A DNA stretch of 63,264 bases, the filler included, from Octopus bimaculoides (taxonomy: Eukaryota), in NCBI RefSeq assembly GCF_001194135.2. It is 5 parts of 4 records of this genome, joined end to end, with 100 filler letters (N's around TTAATTAATTAA, not from the genome) between each part and the next. Parts side by side here need not be neighbours in the genome. Positions count along the whole stretch, not along the records: positions 21,131 to 41,575 come from NC_068992.1; 4 more parts are not named here. One strand, 5' to 3'. Below the pieces are notes generated by a model. It searched no databases. It was given only the letters and a program-made list of their open reading frames with translations, and was not told where the DNA came from. Position 1 is the stretch's first letter, and every line of letters starts with the position of its first letter. Below are positions 25,719 to 39,289 of this stretch, in pieces. The position numbers and the translations under genes were made by a program.

Positions 25719-25745
25719 CTGAATAGCTTCCAAACACTGAGATTT
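25719..25745 (-). CDS. Candidate 27-nt micro-exon with GC donor (KSQCLEAIQ)
   Basis: tctattgttttcttttaacag|AAATCTCAGTGTTTGGAAGCTATTCAG|gcaagt: very strong acceptor and consensus GC-AG donor. The next GT donor would include an in-frame TAG. Phase 0-0 fits both neighbours. Confidence 0.5.
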
Positions 25746-26499
25746 CTGTTAAAAGAAAACAATAGAAACTTGGATGTTTGGCATAAAGCGCTTATTCATA
25801 TTTATGTTAATACAATAATTTTAGCGGAGATATAGTTCAGGTTGATATTCAAGAAAATTGCTCTTTTTACGCGATAATTTGTATGTTTAAATTTTTACTG
25901 AATTCATTTACCTCAGTTATGGCTTAGGATGTTACCACGGCTGTCATAAATATAAATGTATAAATATGTCACGAATATCAACAAAATTACAAATCTAAAA
26001 TTTACGTTATCACAAGAACTTTAATTGGAAGTTAGATCGAAGTTACGAGAATATCTAAAGGGAATGAAACCAATAGATTTCAATGATACGAAAGTAGAAT
26101 CAATACAATATTTTAAGTAGAAAAACTGACCAGATAAACTTTAAAATAATTGCAGTAAATGTATAATATTTAAGGACGAGGCACTTATGACATAAATCAT
26201 AAGTATTTGTGAGTGTGATATATGAAAGTGCTATAGACTTTTCAATTTCCTCTTCACGTTTCCTCTTTCTTAAAATGAGCTGCAACTTCAGAGTAAAAGG
26301 TTTTTCCCAGGGAAGCAATTAAAGAAAAACATGCAGAAATTAACTTCTCGGTTCTTAATAAAACCAATCGCCGTCATAGCGGGTAAGAAGTGTAGAATCT
26401 AGATTGAGCACACACACAAACGTATATATATATATATACATACGCGTGCGCATACACACGCATACTCAGACAAACACATATAGATATAGTTGGAATTTA

Positions 26500-26640
26500 T
26501 AGGAAAATGAAAGACAAAAGACGAAAACAGGTGTATAAACAACAAACAGGTGTATTAGTTTAACGTTCGGGAAGGTGAGAAAAGATTTTACATTGCGAGC
26601 CTACGATCTTCAACAGAAAGGAATAGGAGAAAATAAACAG
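26500..26640 (-). repeat. Degenerate second copy of the PLE pseudo-LTR segment with decayed CUGUUGA hammerhead (about 26586-26621)
   Basis: Flanks align by eye with 3100-3215. Motif reads CCUUU-CUGUUGA-A-GAUC guag GCUC-GCAAUGUA. Confidence 0.6.
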
Positions 26641-26881
26641 ATCGAAAATAAAGAAAAAAAGATTTATATATAAATATACATACCTATGTATCCATTCTTT
26701 CTACTACAGGAAGATAGAGAGGTAGACTGAGCGACAAACAGACATACATATATATAGGTAGGTAGTTAGATAGATGCATAAATAGATACATAAACAGACG
26801 CACGCTAATAGAAAGAAAGACAGAGAGACAGACATATAGATAGATCGATCGATCGATAGATAGATAGATAGATAGATATAT

Positions 26882-26914
<33 letters not shown>

Positions 26915-26936
26915 TACAGGCAGATAGAGAGATACT

Positions 26937-26996
<60 letters not shown>

Positions 26997-27723
26997 CAGA
27001 TAGATAAAACACTTCTGAAAAAACATCGGGAAAGCAAGGAATAATTGACATCCCCACAATTTTCAAATTCACATTCTGAGACATATGTGTCAAAGAGAAT
27101 TCTGCATGCGAGAAATGATATGCCTTTGAAAAAACTCAGCCATTGTAGCTATTATGACACCTACAATGTATTCACGCTACGTAAGTAAAAGATCGACTGT
27201 CTTCGTGGTTGAAATATTTATACCCATTTTTCGTAACTATAGTCACTACATAACGATTTACATTGCAATCTGCGTATGTTTAATTGTCTAAACACTTAAA
27301 ATAATACGTATACATATATATTGATATGTTTTCCAACAGAAATTGGCGTTTTTTTCTGTGGCCATCAGCACTCCAGTAATTAAACGATTTAACAANNNNN
27401 NNNNNNNNNNNNNNNNNNNNNNNNNNNNNNNNNNNNNNNNNNNNNNNNNNNNNNNNNNNNNNNNNNNNNNNNNNNNNNNNNNNNNNNNNNNNNNNNNNNN
27501 NNNNNNNNNNNNNNNNNNNNNNNNNNNNNNNNNNNNNNNNNNNNNNNNNNNNNNNNNNNNNNNNNNNNNNNNNNNNNNNNNNNNNNNNNNNNNNNNNNNN
27601 NNNNNNNNNNNNNNNNNNNNNNNNNNNNNNNNNNNNNNNNNNNNNNNNNNNNNNNNNNNNNNNNNNNNNNNNNNNNNNNNNNNNNNNNNNNNNNNNNNNN
27701 NNNNNNNNNNNNNNNNNNNNNNN

Positions 27724-29340
27724 TAGATGAACAACAGATTAAAAGACATCTATACTCCATATATAAAATTCCCAAACCAACTGATCTGAAATTGCGTCCG
27801 ATTGTTGCAGGACCAGTATCCACCATCCTAATATTAAGCACCTTGCTGGACATACCGTTTAAGCCTTTATACAGATTACTTCCTGAGTAATGGACTTCTT
27901 AAACCTTATCGCAGAACGGGTAGATAAAGCGATCGATTTAACGTAAGTAGTCTCTACACAAATATTCCCCATATATATGGACAAGAAGCACTAGAATTCT
28001 GGAGAAACAAACTCCCAAAATAATTCAGGAGAGATTCTCAACAGAATTTATACTTAACGTTTACAGATATTTCAGGAGAACAGCTACTTCTTCTTTGATA
28101 AGTAATATTATCTACAAATAAAAGGCACTGCGTTGCTGACGAAAGTCGCACCAGCATTTAGCATTTGTCACACTAATAATGGGTTACCTAGAAGAAAAAA
28201 ATCTATACTCTATCCATAACTACTTTTGATCAACTCTTCCAAAGTTACCTTATAGGCAATTGGAAGATATTTCTCAGATGGCTGCTTTCTCTTTTGGATC
28301 TTAGTGAAGGAGGACTACACAAAATTCATTAAATTAACGAATAGTATTCATGTCTCAACCATTTTACTACAGAAATGGATGAAAAGTAACTCCCTTTTCT
28401 GGACATCCTGACAATTTAAAAGAAAATGAGGCTGTTACAATTGACCTCTACTACAAGAACACAGACACACGCCAATATTTAAATTTTAGATCTCACCACC
28501 CTTCCCATACAAAAAGGAACATACCATCTAATATGGCAAGGTGCATATGACCAACAGTCACCGATATTGTTAGAGGAGAGAAAAGATGGGAGAACGTAAT
28601 ATAATCCTTCAGAAATAAAAATATGACAAGTAAATTCAACATGCCATGACGAAAGCAAAGGAAATCTCCATTTCTACCTTACAGAGAAACACTCAGGATA
28701 GGTGTGAAAATAAAAACAGAAATACACATATTCCGTGTGTAGTCAACACAATCCTGGAAACCGCAACACCCTGCACTCGCCCAAATAATACCGCCGAATT
28801 TTACATCACTCACCAAATGTTCAACCAATAATTAAGAAATCGCAAATTATAAACAGTCCAAGAGAACCGCCTAACCTCAGGAGACTCCTAACGGAGGCGA
28901 GATTCACATTAGAAAAAAAAAAAAACGAAGCAATTAACCAACTGCGGGGAACTCCGTTCTGGGACATGCAAATTGATTGAACAAGGGACAAAAAAATACA
29001 TAGGAATAGGAAGGAATTAAATGTGAATATAGCAAGATATACCAAACAATAAAAAAGCTTATCTACTGCATCACATTTCCATAATGAAATGAAAATTAGA
29101 TGGAGGACACAAAATGGGAAGTGACCAGCCGTGTAAATGCATAAACAACAAATTAGAGATTCATCTTTTAGGACAAACTTATGCAGTGAATATCTAGATA
29201 TCTGTGCAAATGAAAAATTAAAAATATTCCCATTTTACAAAATAAACGATGAACATGTACAGCAATGAAAAGCAAAAAAATAATACAATACGAAATTGAA
29301 CCGGAAACAGCCAACACTCCATACACTAAACAGTGGTAAA
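27724..29340 (+). mobile_element. Second Penelope-like element (Penelope/Poseidon-like), heavily degenerate
   Basis: LYSIYKIPKP.DLKLRPIVAGP...LSTLLDI; SLYTNIPH; LNFRSHHPSHTKRNIP; LIYCITF (GIY-YIG start). Many stops and frameshifts. Confidence 0.75.
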
Positions 29341-30555
29341 AGAGTAGTTATTATGCATGTACGTTATATTCGAACTTTAGCTTACAAATGTTTGTGATAT
29401 ATTTCAACTTCTAAAGGAAAGTTAACTACAGCTGAATGTGCAAAAACAATTTATCTGCCCAGTATTGTCATCTATCGGATTCCCAGACACAGCATTTTAG
29501 AATTCCTGAATGGGAAATACTAAAGCATGTTAACTCTGGGTAGATTTAAAACCCTGACTTAAACTAAAGACCAATGAAAAGTCGGGATAAAATCAGTAGT
29601 AAAGGCGCCAGGCAGTTATTAGACTTCAGTAATCTTTAACTCAGATATAAACCAATTGTGAGATATATAAATGTGTACGTGTGTGTGCGTGTGTGTGTGC
29701 ATTCGTGTGTGTGAGCATTTATGTGTGTATATATAGGAATGGGTATGTATGTATGTATTTATAAGGACGATCAGAACTGAGAATGATACCATCTTGCATA
29801 CCCTGTGGTATTGTTGCAATGTCAACATGACCTGATTAAGCAGAAAAAAGATATAATTTGGTCTCTCGTCTGCTGCCGAAAGTATCCACGTTCCGGATCA
29901 ATAGTAAGAGTTTTGTGCGAAATACATTTCATCCGCAGTGTAGTTTGATTAAAAATTCTCAATTACTGTTAGTATAATTGCTTTATTTTAAGGGCATTGG
30001 TTATTTTTGTGCGATTAAGTAATATTTTATTACTGCCACTAAATGTGAACGTGTTGAGATATAGCTAACACCTTCATGTGCAAAATAGGAGTTATATGAA
30101 AACATTGCAATTTGAATTTGAAAGACATGATAATATTCTTAAATGCAGAATTAAAAAAAAAGTGTCGTTTATAATACCTAAACGGTTGACTAAATCTTGT
30201 AAGGGTTATTTATCCAATCGTGTCATTGTCTGTCAGTGTCTGATATTACAATTTCTTGCGAAGCAGATAGACGTATAGGAACAGACATAATAATTGATTT
30301 ACAGAAACATTTACAGATTTGCAGACAACTTGTACGCTATGTAATGTTATTCAATTGAAACTATGGCCTATAATAAAAAAGATAAATAATAGGAAATATA
30401 TTGATAATGCTAACAAGTAGAAGATATTGAAAGTGTATTTAGACATCATTCACATTACATTGATGTTTGTGTGCCTCTCTCTATATCTATGTATGTATGT
30501 ATGTATGTATGTATGTATGTATGTATGTATGTATGTATGTATGTATGTATGTATG

Positions 30556-30601
<46 letters not shown>

Positions 30602-31487
30602 CCTATCTATCTATCTGCCTGTATGTATGTATGTAAGTGTATGTGCATATCTCTATATTTGTCTATGTGTGTATGTATATCTATGTATGTGTATGTAGGT
30701 ATATAAGTATATGGAGGTATATAAATCTGTATATACCTCCATATCTGTATATATGAGTAAGAATATGGCGTTTAATCAGATATATGTGCATCAGATACAG
30801 TTCCGTGGTAGATGGATACAGTTATTTGGAAAGGAAGATTTGAACATAGCATTACTATTTGTCTTGAAAAAAATATTTTCCATTCTATCACGTGTCAAAG
30901 AATCTATAGGGAACAGCATTGAAAGCAGAGGAGACAAACTCATACGTGTTCGATCATGATTACCTCTTATTTAAGATTCATTTAGAAAGATTGTTTATGA
31001 GGAAAAAATGTTGAAAACGGAATGGTTAATATTGCTTTCAAATTTCGGCACAATGCTAGCAACTTCGGGGCAAGGGGTAATCGACTTACGTCGACACTAG
31101 TGCACAAATGCTGCTTATTTCATCGACCCAGAAATGGTGAATGGTAAAGTCGAGCTGTGAGGAACTTGACCTTAGAGTATAACGAAGGAAGAAATGCTGT
31201 TTGGTATTTTGCACGGCGTGGAAACAGTTCTCGTCGTCCTAAAGGTGAAAATATATGGGCACATCAATAGCCTTGAGAGATATGAATATTTTATTCAGAA
31301 AACTTCTTGAATACATCGTGAAACTCATGAAAAATGCAACTGAGTTGGACATATTTTTCGCTAATATCACTGAGCATATTAAGGTATCTAACATTTGGTA
31401 ATTATTGTAATACTAGTTTTTTGGCACGATTTGCCTCGGCGTTGACAACTAAAATCTCTATTTATATATTTTGTGTTGTATTCTTAC

Positions 31488-31564
31488 CATGATTTGATCA
31501 GAAAGCACTCGACGTAATTGATACATATGCTTGTATATGTCTTCGAACTCTTCCCTTAAAAAAT
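31488..31564 (-). CDS. Candidate exon of unidentified minus-strand gene (FLREEFEDIYKHMYQLRRVLSDQIM)
   Basis: ctttttcgtttatttccatgaagttag|ATTTTTTAAGG...ATCATG|gtaaga. An alternative acceptor 4 nt upstream (31568) gives a phase-0 start. Ends in phase 0. Confidence 0.5.
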
Positions 31565-32552
31565 CTAACTTCATGGAAATAAACGAAAAAGTTATTAACT
31601 GTAATATATAAACTACAGCTATATCACATGATGCAATTTTAAGGCAATAAAATGTGTGCGACGCCATCATTGAAAATTCTTTCTGGTGTTTGTATACTAA
31701 ATCTGTTTTACTTGGTTGCAATGTTTGCTTTGCTGATTTACGAGTCATTTCAGAGAGTTATATATATTGCACAGATTATATGCAACGTCAGTTGTGTTAC
31801 TTAGTAAAGGTGTGTATGTGTTTGGTGCATGTCTTTTTTCTTGGTGATCTGCGTCTTTCTTTCAACGAAAACAAATATGTTTCATTATGATGTTGGTTTC
31901 TACTGAACAGAATTCTACTGGCGTTAGATGTCGGTGTCATATATTCAGCTAAGGATTATTTGCGGTTATTTATTGGACTGTTTATGCGATATTAGTATCG
32001 CTATATTGTCCTTGATAACACGATATTGCACTTGTTGCTAGCTGCAATAAAGCTTTCTGAGCTTTGAAACCAAGAAGCTTGCCGCCTTCAACAACTGCTA
32101 CTGAATTCAAATTTACATTGTTAATGTTTGGAAGTGAAAAATAAGGTGATCACTTATAGCTCTTATGCGCCTGCTTGTACATTATAACAACTACCAATTA
32201 AAACCTAATGATCTGAAATTTTAGATCCAAGTTTCTAAAATTGATCATCATCTCTTATTATTTTCCCAGATGTATTTCAAATATTCATCACGGATTGTTA
32301 CCCATGTTTTGCAAGGAGCGTGGTCACATTATTCGTTTTATAGCCTATTCGTTTTATAGCCTATTCGTTTTATAGCCTATTCGTTTTTTTAATTTGTTTA
32401 GATACAGGAAATATGGTATCGTTGACTTATCTATATGTCTATAATTACTCCCATTCCTAATACTAATCACACACATGTATACATGTATGTATATTGTGAG
32501 ATAGATAATTAGAGAATGAGAGTGTCTGAGAGAGACATAGATATAGATATAA

Positions 32553-32603
<51 letters not shown>

Positions 32604-33275
32604 CCTACTTTTACATATGCGTATGCACGTATATATGTATATATACATTCATACACTTATGAATGTATATATGTATATANNNNNNNNNNNNNNNNNNNNN
32701 NNNNNNNNNNNNNNNNNNNNNNNNNNNNNNNNNNNNNNNNNNNNNNNNNNNNNNNNNNNNNNNNNNNNNNNNNNNNNNNNNNNNNNNNNNNNNNNNNNNN
32801 NNNNNNNNNNNNNNNNNNNNNNNNNNNNNNNNNNNNNNNNNNNNNNNNNNNNNNNNNNNNNNNNNNNNNNNNNNNNNNNNNNNNNNNNNNNNNNNNNNNN
32901 NNNNNNNNNNNNNNNNNNNNNNNNNNNNNNNNNNNNNNNNNNNNNNNNNNNNNNNNNNNNNNNNNNNNNNNNNNNNNNNNNNNNNNNNNNNNNNNNNNNN
33001 NNNNNNTATATGTATGTATATATGTATGTGTGAGTGTGTTTGTGTGTCTGTCTTTGTCCCCCCAACATCGCTTCACAACCGATGCTGGTGTGTTTATGTC
33101 CCCGTAAACTAGCGGTTCGGCAAAAGAGACCGATATAATAAGTACTAGGCTTCTAAAAAATAAGCCCTGGGGTTGATTTGCTCGACTAAAGGTGGTGCTC
33201 CAGCATGGCCACAATCAAAAGACTGAAACAACTAAAAGAGTAAAAGAAAAGAGTATATATATTTTATGTATATGC

Positions 33276-33306
<31 letters not shown>

Positions 33307-33699
33307 GCATATGTGGATTTTTTAAAAGTATACAAAAATTACTAGATGCTAGGTTTCATAAACAAAAAAAGACGCAAGCACTGAGATGACTGAAATTGGA
33401 ATAAACAAACAATAATTTCTTCAAATTTAGCCTTTAGCTACTAATATGAAAATCAATCAGAATCTGTCGCAGATTAATTTTGATTTAATTTAGTTTTTAA
33501 AAACACAAACAGATATTTTCCTACCCCATCTAATGACTAAAATGTACTCGTCTATTTCTCGTTGACGTAATTATTCATGACTGAAAATATTTTTGTATAA
33601 TTTAGTATTAGTTTTTTTTTTTTGGTTTATAATCTCATTTCATATTTATAATTTGTGATTTAAATGTTTTTCTTTTCATTTCTTCATGATCGTATTGAT

Positions 33700-35107
33700 T
33701 TTTGCCAGTTTCGGAGGGTCTCCATTTCTTTTTTAAAATTATGCCCAGCTTAAATTAATTTTATCCTACAAATTTGTTGTTTGTCCATCTTTAAATGGCT
33801 GTTGACTTAGTGTTTACTTACGTTCCGCGATTTTTCTTGTGTTTCATTGTGTTGGTCCTTTTCTGTTTCGTCCTTATACCTAGTTGCGCAGATACCACTT
33901 TAGCAGTGGAATAGAAGAGCTTATTTAAGTTTGTTAAGACATTTCCCTTATTTTTTCATATCTCTCTAAGTGCAACATTATATATCAAGGTTGTGTTGTT
34001 ATTTTTTTATGCTGTGAAAAGGTTAGTAGCGGTTCTCTATTGATCATGTCAGTAAAATCACTCCTGTTGAGTTCTCTCACAATATTTTGCTTCAATGATC
34101 TTATTTTTATTATTCACTTCAAATTTTGTGTGATATTTATTTTGTTATGTTTTTCATTATTCATTCTTCAGCTTCTTCGTTGAAATGTGCTGTTAATACA
34201 CTGGGTTCTGTACATTTGTTATCTATTTCTTCTACATTGTTGTAGTTTTCATTTGGTCTGCTACGAGATAGTTGTTCCCTAATTTCCCGTTGCTGTTCTA
34301 GTTTTAGTTTGGATTTCATTTGTTTTAAAGCTTTTGTTGTTTCTTCTTCTTCGTATTTGTTAGGTAGTATGATTTCTTGTTTGTATTTGTCAGCTTCCTT
34401 AAATACTGAAAACAGTTTTTTTGTTTTGCTCGTGTTTTGTGGCTCTTTGTATTAGTTTTCCTTGCTTCTGGAGTAGGTATTTTTGCAGCCCTATGGTGGT
34501 TATTTTGTGATAGTTTTCCAGCTGTATAAGACCCCTGCCACCTTCTGTACGTTGTATATATAACCTTTCTATGTCAGATTTTGGGTGGTGCATCCTATAT
34601 CCTGTCATTATTTTTCTTGTTTTCCTGTCTATTTTAGATAGTTCGTTTAGTATCCAGTTAAGGATATTGTAGCTGTAGCTTATAACTGGGACAGCTAAAG
34701 TGTTGATACCCATTATCTTGTTTTTAGCATTCAGCTCTGTTTTTAGTATTGATCTAACTCGTTTATAGTACTCTTTCTTTATTTTTCCTTTCATTTGTGT
34801 ATGTTGTATCCTATCTAGTTTATTGACTCCTAAATATCTGTATGGTTGGCTTTCGTCTAGTTCTCTTATTTCATTGGCTTTATCTAGTGTTATGTTGCTA
34901 CTTTTAAATAATTTTCCTCTTTTCGGGGTTGCTTTGGCACATTTTTCTAATCCGAATTTCATATCGATTTCCTTGGTAAAGCTATGCACTGTCTGCAGTA
35001 GTGTTTCCAGCTCTTTGTCATTTTTAGCATATAATTTTAGGTTATCCATATATAAAAAGGTGGCTGACTGTTTTCCAGTTATATAAAAGGTAGCTGACTG
35101 TTTTCCC

Positions 35108-35110
<3 letters not shown>
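33700..35110 (-). pseudogene. 5'-truncated R4/Dong LINE (RT from YxDD to 3' region)
   Basis: LYMDNLKLYAKNDKEL...KFGLEKCAK...YRYLG...LKTELNAKNKIMGINTLAVPVISYS...HHPKSDIERLYIQRTEGGRGL. 5' end abuts (TAA)n at 35110. 3' limit approximate. Confidence 0.9.
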
Positions 35111-35181
<71 letters not shown>

Positions 35182-35739
35182 TATTATCATCATTATCATC
35201 ATTATTATTATTATCATCATTACTATTATTATTATGTTGTTGTTGTTGTTTTTTCTTCGTTCTTCAAATTTTCTTCCGTTTCTCGTCGAGTGTTTTTCGT
35301 ACACCTAGGGCAGAGAAACTCATTGTATGCATTGTCAGTTTATACACGCAAATTCACAGGTAAAATATGTATTTAAAAAAACAAAATTAATAGATAAATA
35401 AATTCATGAATGGATGTTGTTTTCACAGCGTTAATGCTCTTCTCACTACATGAGTCGTTCTACTTAACACAATTTTTTACACAATCATCAATATCGTTTT
35501 CATTAGCATCTTTTTTCAGTTCCATTTTCATTTCTTGCCGAATGTCTTCCTGTTATCTAGGACATAGAAACATATTTTACACATTGGTAGGTAATTAAAA
35601 CAAGCACACCAGATTGTTCATTTACAGAGTCAAGTGATAGAAAAAACGAGGAAGAAAAAGAGTAAAAGGAAAAATGTAAAATAGGAAGGTAAACATAAAA
35701 TAAAAGGGGAGAAAGGAAAGAAAATTTACAGGGACAATG

Positions 35740-38700
35740 CTCTTCTCAATACGTGTGACGTACCATTTCAGACAATATGTTGGACTTCCTGCATGGATGG
35801 TAAACCAAAGACCATTCTTAAAAAAAATTCATCTCCTTTTTTATCATTGCAAATGCTTCTACAATCACTGATGTTGTAACCGACTTGAGATGCCACATAT
35901 TTTTCCATTACGTTTAGCAGATCTTTATATTTTCTGAGGTTATCAAATTCTTTTGCCGAGATGTTATGGTCACAAGGTATGCTCATGTCAATCAATAAAC
36001 AGACTTTATTGCTTTCGTCTCTCACAATATCTGGTTTATTTGCCTTGATGGTCAGCTCTGTACATACTGGGATGTCGCAAAGAATAGTTATGTTTTCTCC
36101 TTGAGCTACAGTGTCAGGGTGGTGCTTGTACGCTTCATCAATAGTTTTGATTTTACAATGCTGACACATCTCCAATGTAGATGTTGGCGAACTCTGTCAT
36201 ATATTGATGTATACTCTACGGGTGCTAAAACCTTACATCCTGAGATTATTTGGTCCACTGTTTCTATCATATCGTAGCAGTATCGACACTTTGAGTCTAC
36301 ACCATTTTTCGTCATATTGGCTTGATAGTTTTGGGTGAATAAGTTCGTGGGCAGCCAAGATAAGGCCTTCACTCTATGATTTTAGCCCTGAGATCCGTAG
36401 CCACTTATGGGTGGTCTACATCAGCTAATTTGCTACGGGTCACATATTTGCCATGCAAATGCTTTTGTTCCCACCTATCAGCACATTTTGCTTTGCTATT
36501 GATTTCACCTTCTTTGCAACTACAGTTGCTGAACGTCCCTAATATTGTCCAACCTGGATATTATGCTCTTCTTCATAACAGAATCGAGCTTCTTTTATCT
36601 TTCATGGTTTTCAACGAGCCTCATCATGTCTCAAGATATTTTGCCAGTCCACTTGTGGTGGTTTTGTAGGATATTTGGAGTTGGATCAAACTTCGACATC
36701 ATTGAGCTCTGAGTAGGTAAAGACGATCTGCGTCTGCATCTGGGTGATGTTCAACACATTGAAACTGTCGATAACAACAGAAACAGCTAAGGAATGTATA
36801 GATAACATGATACATGCATTTACCTCGGATTTTAAGACTTATAACAATCCTTCCTGATCGTCTCCTTCATACTTGTATGCTGAATGCCAGAGCCCTCATT
36901 TATTCCGAGGTATTTGTAAGTTTCTTTCTTCCCGAGATCTTTTATAACTGTATCAACATGCAACGCCACTGAATGTGAGGTCTTCAGTTTCTTTTCCTGG
37001 AAAGTGGCCTTGACACATTTCTCAACACCAGATTCCATCCCAATCTCATCATTGAATGCTTTCACAGTTCGTTGTAGTCCTTGAAGCATATTATCGTCTT
37101 TGCCATAAAACTTTAAGTCATCCATATATTACTTATTTTCTGATCGCCAATTTTATATCCATACCCTGTTCTGTTGAGCTCACTTGTAAGGGGTCTTAGC
37201 GGTATACAGAAAATTAAAGGTGAAAGTGAGTTACCCTGGAAAATGCCACACTTGATACTAATATTGTTTGTAGTCAGTACTCCATTAGAGTGGCATAACT
37301 GGAGATTCATATTTCATATTGACATGTGCTTCAGGAAGCTTGAAATCACAGGAGGAATTTTGAAGATATCTAGCGATTTCAAGATCTATGAATGCGATAT
37401 GCTGTCGAATGCCTTTTTATAATCAATCCAAGCAGAACTGAGATTCCTGCTTTTGTTATATGACAGTTCTCAAGGATCATGCAATTGATTAGGAGTTGGT
37501 CTTTGCATCCATATGAGCCTCATCGGCACACTTTTTGTTCAGTCGGAAAATATCGTTCTTTTCCATAACTTTGTATGATTTATCCAGAAGGATAGATGTT
37601 AAAATTTGATACGTGGTAGAGGTATGTTATGGGCCGATAGTTTTGGAGAAATATGGTTTCAATATACTTCGGGCTTAGTTGAATAATACCTCTGGCTAAC
37701 CAATCGGGTGTTTTGGCAGAATCTCTCATAATTTCAGTGAATAACTGGTCTAACTTTACGTGTGCGCATGAGAGCGAGGCGAGCCAGAAATCCCCCCCCC
37801 CTATGATTAACAGGAGATTTCTACTCATGAGCTTTCGTGAGTGTCATCCCTAGGTCTACTATTGTGATATCTTCTCATGCTTGTTCTGGTAAGATTTTGT
37901 GGGATCATTCTCTGCGTCTAACCCAGTCTGCATTCTCATTGTAAGTCTTTTCATAACTTCAGATATTTTTCCAGATGTTTCCAACTTCTCCCATAGCACA
38001 GGGTGGGGTTGGGGGTTACTTCGCCTTCCCTATTTCTTTGCAAAACGTTTTTGCATTGCATGTAAACATCTCACATTGTTTGTAAAATTTGCTTCTCTTC
38101 TCAATTCTTCGTATTCTTTGAGATTTTGCTTGGAGATTTGGCTGCAGTATTTCTTTTGCAAAAGCGGTTCTTCTGTTTCTGAGAATCTATGATTTATCTT
38201 TCTCTTTCTTCCTTTTCTGGTTTTTGGATTTTTTCCACAGATTAATTCATTCAATATTGATATCTCCCCTCTCATTATTTCAATCTCCTTTTCAAATTAC
38301 TTTTCCAGTTTGGAATTCTTCTTAAGTTTCTATTTCTTTGTTTTTTCAGAGCCGTACAACTGGTAACAATTGAGTCGGCAGCTGCGTCAATAATTTCATT
38401 TAATTCAGTGAGATCTAGTTTTAGTTCTTGTATAATTTCCTTTCGTAAATCGTTTCCAATTTTAATTTGTTTTCTATTTTGGATTGTATTTGAGAGCTTA
38501 TAAAGTGTTTCTCTATCATGCATATTGGTGTGTCTTACAACGGGAAGCTTATTCAGGATGTTCTCCTTCAGCTGTATCTTAGACTCTCTGTGTTCTTCAA
38601 TGTAATCTTCAAATAGTTTTCTTTACCGCTTTCCTCACTATCTTTATCGGGTTCAGTACCGTGTATTTCTCTAGACGCTTGCGTGTTCTGGTCAGATGGC

Positions 38701-39136
38701 AGTCTTTCAATTTAGACTCGTAGAATTGCTCTCTTCGTCTGGTTCTTTATTTCCTTGTCTTATATTTAGGTCATTTTCAGCTGCGTGCTTCATCGCAGTT
38801 ATTCAACTATCTGTGAGTCTTTTATTTCTGAGGATATCCCTCCTAACATTTGCTAACTTATTTTCGTACAAATATAGTCTGTGTCTTGATTTCGCGTGAT
38901 CCATATTTGATAAGGGTGTGCCGCCTAATGCATAGTAATAGGCGTATATATTACTTTTCTACACTCTTCTTGGCTCCATTTGATCCTTTTTAAATATTTC
39001 TTTCTGTGGTGGGTGTGGTGATGGATTTGAAGTGCCTGAGTTGGTGCAGTTCCCGTTCAAGTGACCGTCCGAGTTCGTATTCAGAGAAAAGTGTGTGCCA
39101 GTGTACGCGCTTGTTTGTGCTTGGTCAGAAAGACGT
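35740..39136 (-). mobile_element. Near full-length but decayed R4/Dong LINE
   Basis: N-terminal YAYYYALG...NKLANVRRDILRNKRLTD; RT NYRPIT.L, GIFQG.SLSPL.FCI, MDDLKFYGK; CCHC CRYCYDMIETVDQIISGC; RLE ANKPDIV...CLLIDMSIPCD. 5' end abuts (TAA)n at 39137. Confidence 0.85.
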
Positions 39137-39139
39137 AGA

Positions 39140-39243
<104 letters not shown>

Positions 39244-39289
39244 CAACATCATCATCAGTATCATCATCATCATTATAGACGTAGCACAG

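Noticed and set aside
31458-31748. 96-aa single-exon ORF MTRKSAKQ...
   Set aside because: Only its 3' part is bounded by splice signals. The rest reads through a polypyrimidine tract and has no recognisable homology.
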